This document shows positions 1-11,470 of a stretch of 64,000 nt of DNA, piece after piece; the first letter of the stretch is position 1; the number at the start of each line of letters is the position of its first letter. Origin of the DNA: Marsupella aquatica (taxonomy: Eukaryota; Plantae; Marchantiophyta). Position numbers and translations under genes: made by a program. Location: contig OZ316896.1 of the NCBI GenBank assembly GCA_973895155.1, positions 7,024,232 to 7,088,231 on the forward strand, written 5' to 3'. The notes under the pieces are model-generated. The model was given only the letters and a program-made list of their open reading frames with translations. It did no database searches and was not told where the DNA came from.

Positions 1-3000
1 ACATGTATGGTTTCCCTCGTGTATGCCTCTTATAAAAGTCTTCACAAGAACACGAAGGGAAACAACAGATTTGCACCCAATATGTGTGCGGAACTTGTGA
101 ATCAGTCTCGTGAGTGGTGATCAAGTATCTCCAACCCCATCCATTTCCGGTAGTTACCTTCTCATTTCCGACAACTCTCATGTGTTCTTGTGTAGTGGAA
201 ACGATGCGCTTGAGCAACTCTGGAGTATTGCTGAAACGCTATCGTGCACCCTTACCATTTCGGGTTTTCAACCGACGGTCCACATTAGTTAGATCGATTC
301 GTTCGGGGAATGAGTTAACATCAATTCGTAGGTTGACCCGATTGGGGGACGGGAACTCTCCAACTTGATTTGCATCCACATAGGAGAGTCCACTGATCTG
401 GAATCCTAATCCCAGCAGAAACTCTATCTCGGGATGGGAGAGGCAAGTCCCACGCTGAACCTTGAGCGACTCGGGTGGGGGGGTAGTTGAGCTAGAGTTC
501 TGCGTCCTCGGCTCTTGTGACACTTATTGTTAGGATAGAAGTACAACAACTGGCAATGTGGAGACGATAATCGCAACCTGTGAATGGCGACTCCAACAAT
601 TCCCCCTTGTGCGGACTTACATCCAGTCTCCTTGATGAGATTTCTACATTCATCTCTTCCAAAAACGCTTCGGTCAACCGACCCGTTGCAAACAGGTCCA
701 GCACCTCTACCGCTCCGCCTGAGATGCCAGGTCCCATAAGGAACATCAACCTCTCGGATGGAAGGGATCCTTTGGGGGGCATCCCGATGGTCATCCCCGA
801 CATCACACGAAGGTTGAGTCCCCATCTTCTCGGTATCATTGACATTACGACTTGCATCATCACCATCGTCATCTGAAATATGGATAACTCCAGCAGAACA
901 ACCTCCGACAGGGGTTGCCGAAGTTGTATTATTTGCTATTTCTAGGTCCGCAGAAGTCTCCGAAACATTGACGAAGTGAAATTCAGGATAGAGATTACGC
1001 CTTTTTAGTCCTGAAGGAGAAGCTGTTGTGCGTGACACCTTGTCATGTCTGTGGGAGTCATTCTCGTGGATTACAACTGAAGCTTTCCCTTTCCTCTTTG
1101 TGGATGTTGTTCGGAGATCGCCATGTAATGGAACTGTTCTATAGAATTCATACTTAGCTGAAGACTCAAGCAAAAGATTTGCTGCCTTTTCGTAAGCATC
1201 CATGGATCCCATAGCATCGGCGTTCCTATATGCTAATTCAAAAATGGTCGGCCCCTGGCCTCTGTGAACACCTTCACTGTAGGCAGTAAAAGTAGCAATT
1301 TGCCCCGCAGCACGATTCTGGTCCACCTCACATGCTTCAATCAATCCCACTAATTTCTTCATTTGGCAGGATCTCATGGATGCATGGACTGATTCCGCTC
1401 CAGTACAATTTGGCATCAAGGCTGACTCCATTGCGGTTTGCGTCTGCAAAAAAGTAGTCCACAGTCAGACCTGATATGCTAGCGAGGTCGCTAGCAAAAA
1501 CAATGACGTCAAATAGAAATGAAATTGGACACTTACAACGCGGATGAAGTTCCCCCACTGCCTCCACCTCACGACCCACCAAGATAACCATCCTTGGAGA
1601 GATTTCAATTTCCCAGCATAGCAGTTTCCTTCCTTCCACCAACGATGGATTTCGTCAACAACACGGTAGGCCTGAACATATGTTGGTGTTGTTCTCAGCC
1701 TTTCCCACAGTTTATAGTGCTCTCGATGGTGATCTTCTCGAATACCCTCCAATGTGTGACGACGAAGAGATTGAGCAAAGTGAAAGGCGTCACTGTGCTC
1801 CTTCTGTGGGTGACGGACACCTCCAAAAAAACATTCTGAATGGCGATCCATCCAGCCTCGGCATTATCGGCAATAAATCCTCCAATGAGTGGGTCATGCA
1901 CGTCATGATCAGAGGCAACTTCAATCATATATCTCCATGCGGTTTCAAGAGATAAGGAGTCCTCCGCACGGAGCTCACAAGTGAAGATGGTACAAAGGGA
2001 CCTGTAATTATGGTCGTACACATGGGCGCTGAAAGTCAGCCACCCAGTGCTTATTCTCCGCATTACATCAGAACTGACCCATGCTCCTTCCAGCTCACCT
2101 CCACTCTTCATCTGCCTGAGAATATCGACACCAGAACCTGGGCCATTTGTACTCATTTTGAAGACATGAGCCCTATCGGTCTTGCTCCCCTGGCCAGGGA
2201 AAAGGTACCTCTGAACGTAAGGAAAATTATTCCGTGCTTGCATCTCACGAAGAGAATCCAACTCACCTTTTTTTGGGTTATCCATTTTCATGCTCCGGAA
2301 TATGGCCTGGAATTTCTCAACAGTGGACACAACCTTCATCGATTCCCATATCTCTCTCTCTTCTTCTTTTGATAGTTCTGAAGAAGACTCTTGATGCAAA
2401 AGAGAAACCAGGTTTCCTATAGACTTGTTAAGAACACGCCCTGGCGTACACACGGGATTCGCTTTATGAACACCAGAAACTATCACCTTCGCCTGCTTTT
2501 TTGCCAATCGAGATTTCTCTTTCCAAACAACGTGGTCATGGAAACCCATGTGAATAGCCAATCGAGACATATGTTTTGCAACATTTGACTCAAGAGACAA
2601 CTTAGGATAGACATACAAAAGTTTAGCCGGACATTCACGGATGCAGAGAGGCCTCTCCTCACAGAATCCGCACACCAACCCTCCTTCCTCCACAAGCTCA
2701 CCAAGATGAAACGGCTCAGTAAATTGTCCCTTTCCTCGGAAGGAAGAGTCATTTTTTGAACCGGTGTGCTTCAACTTTCTACAGACCAGACTTTGACATT
2801 CAAGTACACCGGCACATCTGACTTTTGACACAGACCAGTGATTGCGAGGTTTGAGATTAGCTGAAGTTGTGAGAAGTCTTGTCCATGGGTAGCTGTCATT
2901 ATCCCTATCCATGTCCTGAAGACCATATCCTCGACGAAATTGACCTTCGACCGGAGGAAGCTCAAAAACGCAGTTTCCGTTGTATGAAGTGGGCAAAGTC

Positions 3001-3581
3001 TGCACTTGAATCTCCTTCCAATCGTTTCCCCTGTGGAAATTTGCCAACTTGCTTGACCCAGTAATATTGAGGAAGGCATCATATGCACTAACTCGATAAA
3101 GAACTGGCTGAGATTGAAACTTGTATTGACTAACTGCTTCAAAAACGGCTTTCTCAGAAGACTTTGTCGACACAGAAGAGAGATCCCGACCCACACTCTC
3201 AGGGGAGATGTCGATAATATCTGGTACTGTCGGTGACGGGCGAGTCGGGGATTCTGGATCAAAAACATTGATATGTGCAATGTCATCCTTACATGAGACT
3301 AGCTCCATAGCTGAACCACACTTCAGGTCCCAAGCTCTCTCTGGAAATATTCCTGAACCATTATCCGACACCTCGTGACTTCTGGATCCATTCCGAGAGT
3401 AAAGGACAAACAACTTCCAGATGAAATCATCTTTCAAAAGCCCAAACCTCGACGAGAGAAAAGACTCCTTGACATAGATAATAGTATTCTCCGGAACATC
3501 TAGAACAACAACATCACCTGTAGTCTTTCTCTCGATCACAACCTTCGATCCCAATGAAGACATGTTGACAGTTTTGGACAT
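1..3581 (-). pseudogene. Mutator-like (MULE) transposase: GCM-like Zn domain + DDE core + C-terminal SWIM finger; disrupted, runs off the left edge
   Basis: ORF 1695-3581 has DSYPW..TTS, CAGVLEC..C, CGFC..CPA..HMGFHDH (GCM/WRKY-GCM1-like), then WVSSDV and GFIADNAEAGW. A frameshift at the A-run ~1824-1831 leads into SDAFHFAQSL (MULE C/DxxH). After a GT-AG intron ~1536-1446 comes CTGAESVH (catalytic E). The frame at 1-238 reads YWVQICCFPSCSCEDF (SWIM). Confidence 0.8.
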
Positions 3582-3590
3582 TACAGTCTA

Positions 3591-3707
3591 CAATCTCTTT
3601 TGGTTGCTCTTTTCTTTGATTGCATTGTACTTTACTTTTTGTGGCAGCTCCTTTGACTTTCATGGTCCCGGAGCTTATAATACATTACCATTACCATTAC
3701 CATTACC
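3591..3707 (+). mobile_element. Short 3' end of a LINE with (CATTAC)n tail
   Basis: Near-identical to 19674-19790, the 3' end of a longer LINE fragment. Flanked by ACAATC on both sides (possible TSD or microhomology). Confidence 0.8.
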
Positions 3708-4372
3708 AACAATCCTCAAATGTGAGATACTTCGCTCTCTTCTTTCTCCAAATACATATGAGGAAACGTGCTTGTGTAGTGTTGGACTCAACGTATTTAT
3801 TTAATAAATGCCTCTTATTCCCGTTATCTGACCATTATTTTGTCTTATATGACACTATTTACGGAATGATAAAGCTAGCGAGATCGCTAGCTCAATGATC
3901 TAAGTAAAATGGTTCAAAACCTTACAAAACACCCTTCACTAGTTCATAGATTTAGTGATCAATTTTTGGCTAGCGATGTCGCTAGCAAAAGTAGTTTCTT
4001 ATAAGAGACCATTATGACCGTTTATATCCGTTGGAATTTGTCAACGGGTACCTATATGTCAACGGTACGGTACATTACCGGACACCTGTCTCTTTGTCAT
4101 TAGATACTTTTCTTTCAGTCGTGAGTTCGGTGGTTCGTATTTCCGGAAGTACATGTATACCTGACAGTGTCTAAAAAATGATTGCGAGGAGAGTCGTACA
4201 GAATATCTGTATCTCTTTTCACGATCGGGCGTTGCATTCAGGTGAAAGCAACAGACGAGGGTACGATTTTGTCTTTGACTGGAAGATCGATTCTCGGGTT
4301 TCTTTATGTTCGCAAAGCGTGTCGCCCTCGACCTTGACCTGTTCATACCCTTATCACTTCACGGACCCACTG

Positions 4373-7300
4373 ATGGAGCCATTGTCTTCACCCGAGAGCT
4401 TGTCATCAATAGGATCGTTCAAGTCAGTCGAGTCAAGCCGAAGGGAGACAAGGTCTACAGTGAACAAGAAGGCGCTCCAGGCGGGATTGAAAACACCGAG
4501 GAGGCCCAAGATGGTGAACCAAGTAGATGTTGTGAATCCTACGTTTCAACCTGGAGCTTCAGAACCCTATTCTGTTGTCATCAATCGCCATCTTTTCCCT
4601 TTTGGAAATGATGAATTTGGATTCCCCCTCGCTCCTCCGAGGATTCCCCTTTGCAGAATGCAAAACATGCAGATCATTCGGTCCTTGCAAACAAACTCGA
4701 CTACGATCGAGACACTCAAGAATGAATTCCAGACGCAGGGATACATCAAAGATGCGCCTCGATTTTACGTCCAAATGATCGGCAAAGATGGCCTTGTCCA
4801 GATGTGCGAGGATGTGATTCGGGAGTCGTGGGATGACATGTGGATTCTTCAGAATGAAGAATTCGAGAGGGAATGTGATTCTCACGAAGCTTTCAAAATT
4901 TTGAAAGACAAAATGTTCTGTGTTTTTGATGGAAATCATCGTCTGTACTCATGGATGCAGCTTGCGGACGAGAATCCCCATGATGTCAAATATCATCCTT
5001 GAGTTGTTTGCTGAATTTTCAAGGGTGACAAGAACTCATTCGTTCAGATTGAGTCGGCGATGCATGCGCTGAATAGGTTTGTTTCTTTTCCTTCAAGCTC
5101 TGAATTGTATATAAAATTCTTTCAGTTCCTCTTGTTAGCGATCTCGCTGACCTGTTTCTTTTGTTCAGGTTGACTCAATGTCACGTTGAGAATTCTTGGG
5201 TCCTTGAAGCAGAGAGAGTCCAGAAGGTGCTCAGTAATGACCTTTCTGTATACAAAGATATCATCGATGCAGACAACTACAAACTTTTCCAACAGAAGAT
5301 GGCAAATATCAGGAAACCGGCTTGGTATTCGAAGAACATGACACTCGATGCCTGCACATACATTCTATCTGCTGCTAATATTGCAACGCAGACGGAAGAT
5401 TTGAAGAAGAAGTTCCAATTGAAAGAAGCGCAAGGAGAACCTCTTTCAAAAGCTGCGCAAGACATGGCAGTGAAAGACATGATGAAGGAGCAACTAGCAG
5501 ATTGGAATGTGAAGGTGCCAAAGATTGGACCTCTCCTGAATCCTGAGTTTGGTGACTTTTTCCAGAAGTGTGTTGAGATGCACAACTACTGCGAACATGA
5601 GAGGAAGGAGGCCCAACGAACAGACGATAAAGGAAGGGGTAATGTGTCATGTGGTCTCGATCGTGCGAGGCTATTTACGGGTGTCTTGTCGTTGACTCCG
5701 CAGCTCAGATGTGTACTCCTCGAGGCACAATGCAGACCTGAGCTTCGCAAGAAGTACTTCCACCCTGGTCAATTCTCGAACAGCAAAACAAAACTTTGGC
5801 TTCACCGATGGGCTGTCTGGGAGCAAGTTGAGTCAATTTGTTCTTCGCTCATGTCTGAGATTATTTCAGATATGATCCCAACTGTCCCAGATGCAAGGAT
5901 CCTTACTTCCTCTGAGAAGACAAAGCCATCGTTGATCCTTGACATAGAGGAGGACTTTGAAGATTTCCAAACTAGAGTGAAATCTTGTTTTTTCAGACAG
6001 ATTTGGCCACCAAAGTTGGGTGAGAAGATTGACATCTCACTTTTTCGGAGGAGGGCGAAGAGATATACGTATTGTTTTTTTGTGGATAGAGAAGTTGCTG
6101 ACAAAACATATTGGTGGTCCTATCCTGCTTGCTTCTCGCCCTCCGTTAAATATGGAGAGTACTCGATGTACCCATGTGAGGGAGTGGAGGCTCCAAGGAA
6201 GATGAGTGAGTGGGAAGTCCTTCACTGTCCATGGTATTTAGAATCAGACAAATGGGCAGTGACATTTGACACAGCAGAGAAGGTAGCATTTCATATGATA
6301 AATCGAGGCTTGATACCAGAGTCGTACATTACAGAGTCCAAATTAGCTCCTGCAGAAGCCGAGGCTGGCGGATGTGAGGCAATGGAGAAAGTTGTTCTTG
6401 GTGTAGCTGCCATTGTCGACCGGAGTAGATCGAGGAGACCTCGCAAGGTGCCGGTGAAGGACACGTCCAAAGATGGATCAGTCTTGTCTGGGAAGCAAAG
6501 TAAGTCTTTTTCTCCTCTTTTTTTCATACCTCATTCAGAGTAATTTTGTCTCAGTCACCTGTCTAACATTAACATGTTTTTCAGAGAAGAGAAAGGCTGC
6601 AGCCTCTGGGAGTTTGAAGAGTGGGGCGGATGATGGAGAAGAACCCAAGTCTCCTGATGTTGAGGTCACAACAAAATCTGCTGTGGACCTGGGTTCAATC
6701 AAGCGTTTAAAGAGGAAGCGCAATGTCCAAATTCTCTCCGACTCGGATGAGGAGGAAGCATGCATCGCGCAAGGAGTAGCACGAATGTGACCTTAAGAAG
6801 GACGGTGAGAGGCATTTCTTGGCAAAGAGCAATCTCATGGAAACTGCAAACTCAATTAGCCAGAGGAAAGTAAGACCTCCCTGGATGGGCGATGCGGATC
6901 AGTGGTTGTCTGGAGTGAGCAAATCGAGCGAACACCCAAACGCCATGATGATCAACGGAAAACATTATGCTGGAATTGGTGCTCACTTGGGTTTCATATT
7001 CCTTCCCACGGGTCATCGAATGAGTGTCACAGACCGGGAGGTCCCGAAGTGGAATGTTTGGAGTGAGAAATTACCATATTATTTCTTTGGAGTCATGCGT
7101 CCGATGCTTGCCGATGATGGTTATGTCGCAGTTCTTCACAGCTCTGACTATAACCATATGAGACAATTTTTTTCTGCCATTGAGCAAAAGAACAAATTTA
7201 AACATGTTCGACAGTATTCGGTTTTGCTTTCATCTCCTCTGTATCAGGCAGATATGGACATCGAGGTAAGATATACTCAATATTTTTGTGCAATTTTTGC

Positions 7301-7885
7301 TAGCGAGCTCGCTAACCAAAAGTGCCCATTTCTGACATATTCTCATTTTCAATTCAGGTGGTTACTCTCATTATGGATGTCTTCTGCAAGGTGGAATTCT
7401 CGGCAAAAGTCCCGAAACATACAGGATATGTTCCAATGACTTCCTCTGAGGATGCCCGCCATAACTCGATGTTGAGTGTTTGCTACCCAAAAACTGATCC
7501 CAGTCCCAAGGCGGCTTTTGCAGGTTCCAATAGATTGTCAGTTGGGTTCATGCAAGCCGTAATGGAGATCCTTACTTTGCCAAAGGACATTGTCATTGAC
7601 TGGACTATTGGAGATGGAAGTGCTTTTTCCGCTGGGGAATATGCTGGGAGATTTGTTGTGGGTGTTGAAGATCGAGACATTCTTCATCTGTGTGCGCAAA
7701 AAACTTTGGCAAATGTGTTGGATAGACATGCCCAGAAGTTGAAAGGGGCCGCAGACCCGAAAAACGATGATCCCAATGATGAAGGGTCGGATGATGAGTT
7801 CACCATCCCAGGAGATGATCAGGGAGGACCTTCAGACGAGAAGGATGAATTCGACCTGGAGCAAAGCACTTGGCCTTTGATGTAG
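4373..7885 (+). pseudogene. Spliced gene: ParB/Sulfiredoxin-like N-terminal domain + C-terminal N4C/N6A (beta-class-like) methyltransferase-like domain
   Basis: FCVFDGNHRL at ~4916-4945 (ParB DGxHR motif). C-terminal VMEILTLPKDIVIDWTIGDGSAFSAGEYAGRFVVGVE resembles the SAM-binding end of N6_N4 MTases, and RPMLADDG resembles RVLKPGG. GT-AG introns at ~5078-5169, 6500-6584 and 7266-7357. In-frame stops at 5000 and 5012 and a disruption near 6790. Confidence 0.65.
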
Positions 7886-9029
7886 AACTCCCTATTTGGT
7901 GTTTTTCTTTTGTTTGTAGAATTTTCGGATGTGTAGTATTGATCCGATTCTGGTGATTTCTTTAGTGATAGGTGTTCGGATTGGTTTTCGGAGGAGAGAT
8001 TCCGCCTTCGGAAAGAAATCGAGAATCATTTTCTTGTGACCCCTGAGAAGGGATTTGCGCTTCCATGCTATGCTAAAAAGACTGCAAAGGAGGGTGATGA
8101 AGTGCCCGTCGTTTTGACTTGGGAGGGGAAAGGTCTGCGGTCAGTGAGGGGTGTTCAGAAAGCCCTTTACTGCCCTCGGTTCATAGATGATGAGGCTGGG
8201 ACTGTAGCACAGTATGTTGACGATTCGGCTGAGGAGACTGATAGGGAGTCAAGTAGCGATCCTAGTAATTCCTCAGATGATTTGGAATCAGAGGATTCTC
8301 AATGACTCATGGTCAATTTCAGATGCAATCTCATTCTAGAAGATATTTGTCATACCAAAGTTTTATTAAAGATGGATTGTGAAAGGTTTTTTGACCTGGT
8401 TTTGCTCATTGTGATGATGCCTTTTCATTCAGTTCAGTGTAGTGAAGATCTCGATTTTTGCATTTGTGAATATTTAAGTTTCTGCATTTTTGTTTTCCGT
8501 AACTGTTTCACAATATATATCGACAATCTTACTTGGGAATCCGCCTGAACTACCCTGAAGTTACGCACAAACTTGCCTCGCTAGCCTGCTGTCCTCGCTA
8601 GCAAAACTCCTGTTTGCTCGCACAATAGAATACCTCTGAAGAACTCATTGTCGCATCGTCCACATCCTCACAGAGCCCCACACCTTTCCCTGCCTTGCTT
8701 GCATACATTTTGCTCTGCTGCCATTATTATGAAAGAGCTTACGTGAACTGTTTGTTTTGACATTTTCTCCCAGTTGTTGACAAGTATAAAAAACAAACGT
8801 AGCTGATTGACTGACCCTAATCTTATGGACAAGTGTTTCCTGGACGTCCAAGTCTAACTGGGCACCTCTATAGGTAACCCATAAGGAGTTACGTCTTGGA
8901 CATAAAACAATTTTATGTCCTAGGTTGTAATTCAGTTAGGGGGTGCATTGACACGCCCTAATGTCAGGCTTTGAGATGCCCTAATAAGGGTTTTCCCTAG
9001 TTTCCTAACTCTTAAACTATCCAATATAT

Positions 9030-11470
9030 ATATCACAGTGCCCAAGGGCAAAGAATGACAAACCACAAGACATGATCCCAAAGGCAAAGCAACCTAATGA
9101 AGGGGAGGAAAAGAGGGGAAAAGGCCAAGAAAAACCAAGCCAAGGGGTCCCTAACCAAAAGCCGACAAAAATGTAACATATATAGGAGCCATGAAGGCTA
9201 ACACCCTACTAAGCGAAGAACTGATCAAAAAGCCTGGTAGAGCTCCGGAGTAAACCGCAAAGGAGGGTCCCAAAGTGGAACCTGAAGGGAGGCTCTAAAA
9301 CCAACTGCCTCAGCCCTACAAAGGAGGGTGAAAGCCTGGGCCCGCTGAAGAGCCACATACACCCGCTGCCAAAAAAGGCGATGAGGACATAACAAGGGGG
9401 AAAGGCCTCCTCTCACTACAATAAATAGCACATGCCCACGGGAACTGCTCAAAGGTAGGGTGGAGAGCACCAAAAACCTCAATGGCAAAGGGGTAGAAAA
9501 GATCCCCTAAGTAGCAAACTGCATAGGCCTCCTCCTTGAGCCGGCGGCCTTGGCAGCTGCATGGCCAGGCACATGGGCGGTGACCGCGACATGGTTCCCT
9601 CCGGTAGGGTCAACAACAACCACATCCCCAAGAGCATGAACTCCAACCGTAGAAAAGACCCGCCTTCGGTCAGGAAGACGATGCAAGGGGGAAGAACATG
9701 TCGTTGCTCCATGGCGTCATGGTAAATAGAGTCTCGGGCAATGGCAACTACCACATCCCAAATATCATCATGGGTGGCAGTCCTCTCGCTCCCATGGCCA
9801 CACCTCAGAATATGAACTCTCAATGAATCCAACGATGCCCCCACAAACACACTTGGGTTGGCCAAGAAGGCAAGGGTGAGCAAGTCCCAACCTAAGGCAC
9901 AATGAAGTGGTAAAGAGGAAGGAGCTCATACGAAGGGGGTCCATAAAGGACTAGCAGATAGCCACGCTTCAGAACCAGTTCCCGCACAAGATAGGAGATG
10001 AGCTCAAACCAAGTCTGAAGGTGCATCCGAGAGCATGCTGGAAAGGGTGTGACGGTGCATGCGATTGGAAATCACCTACTGGACACGGTCCAAATTGTCT
10101 AGAACCACCTCCATGAAGTTAGGAACAACGGCTTGCACAACCTTGGGCCCTGCCTCGGCCAGGACTAAACGGGTCTAGCAAAGGCAAACCTGGAAAGAGA
10201 GGACCCCCTCCTCAACCCCCATGGCGTTGTTAAAGAGGATGGGTTGGAGATCCACAATCAAGCAAGAAGCAAGGGAAGGGCCACCTAGTACTCCCAACTC
10301 CCAAGGCATGCGCATGGGGCAGTGGAAACAGCTAAGGAAATACCCATGCCACCGCTAGAAGGCGTCAGGGAAACCTGTCAAGCCATAAAAGAACCGTCCT
10401 CTCCATCAAGGGGTCTAGGGCCAATAAGGTGTCTAACAATCCCCATCACATTGGTGTCAAAGGATGAGAGAAAGGACAAAAACAAGGGAGTGGGCGGAAC
10501 AGTTTAGAGAAGTATGAAGGGTGTCGGACAAAGCACTAGACCAAAATCATGAAGGCAATTTGGACGTCGCCAAGGGCCACCAACTGGTCGATGTGAAGAA
10601 CATCCTGAGATAATGCCACCTGCAAAAACTCATGGGCAAACATATCCTCCATGAATGGGACCCCCAGGACCCCTAATGCCCTCCTCACGAAGGGAGACAC
10701 CAAGGGGAGGGGAGAAAGAATTTGGGAGAGGATGCAGAGACCAGACCCCGCACTTCCAAGACTGCACCAAAAGGCCAAGAAGCGCTAGCTAATCAACAAA
10801 GTGGAGATAAGCATCCCCAAGGATTGAGATGGGCCCCACCAAATGAGTATCATTAGCAATGGACAAGAAACATGCACCCGGGCAGGGCAAGCAAAGACTC
10901 CAGGAGAGCATAAAAGTGCCATGGCAAATAAAGCCCCATCGATGGGCACGAGAGTGCCTGACTCAGAAAGAATCATTGTGTAGGACCCATGACTAAGTCA
11001 GTTAGGATAGAACAAAAGGGCACAGGTCCCATAGAAAGCCCGAACAAAAGGAATGAGGGAGGCAATCTCCCCACTAGCCTCCCGCAACTTTTCAAAAATA
11101 GCATGTCGAGAGACAATGTTGAAAGCATTGGCCAAGTCCACCTACATGACCGCCCAATCAGGATGGATATTTGCGATCGAACGTAGACCATGCACTACAC
11201 TCTCACAACCCCCCGCCTAGGGTGACCACCTCAAACTGATGAGGGGAGAGTTGAGAAGCAAAAGGTGATTGAGTTTGAAGGAAAACACAACAACTGACCA
11301 TCCAGTAAAGAATTTCACCAATGGCAAGGGGCCGCACCCCAGAAGGCTCCTTGGCCATCGCCAAAAGACGGTTGGCCCCCAGGAGCCGGGCCACAACAAG
11401 GGGAATACGGCTCCCAACAACATGAGCAAAGGTCCCATGGAGGAGGCTACTTTAGCAAATAAGCAGGTGA
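9030..11470 (-). mobile_element. CRE-like (restriction-like-endonuclease) non-LTR retrotransposon, degraded and 5'-truncated
   Basis: RT N-terminal motifs RLLAMAKEPSGVRPLAIGE..LSPHQF..GG (11203-11394). C-terminal zinc knuckle HILRCGHGSERTATHD (9479-9883). Many frameshifts. Confidence 0.7.

Larger units (their letters stand above)
1478..8602. repeat. Dispersed 18-bp palindrome GCTAGCGAnnTCGCTAGC
   Basis: Copies at 1478-1495, 3874-3891, 3969-3986, 5135-5150 (degenerate) and 7299-7316; half-sites at ~8577-8602. All are intronic or intergenic. Confidence 0.9.

Noticed and set aside
3562-3898. Small membrane-protein ORFs (also the N-terminus of ORF 19669-21018)
   Set aside because: They are translations of the LINE 3' UTR and (CATTAC)n tail.
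8036-8305. Short acidic ORF downstream of the ParB-MTase gene
   Set aside because: Could be a further exon or small gene, but there is no recognisable motif or clear start.
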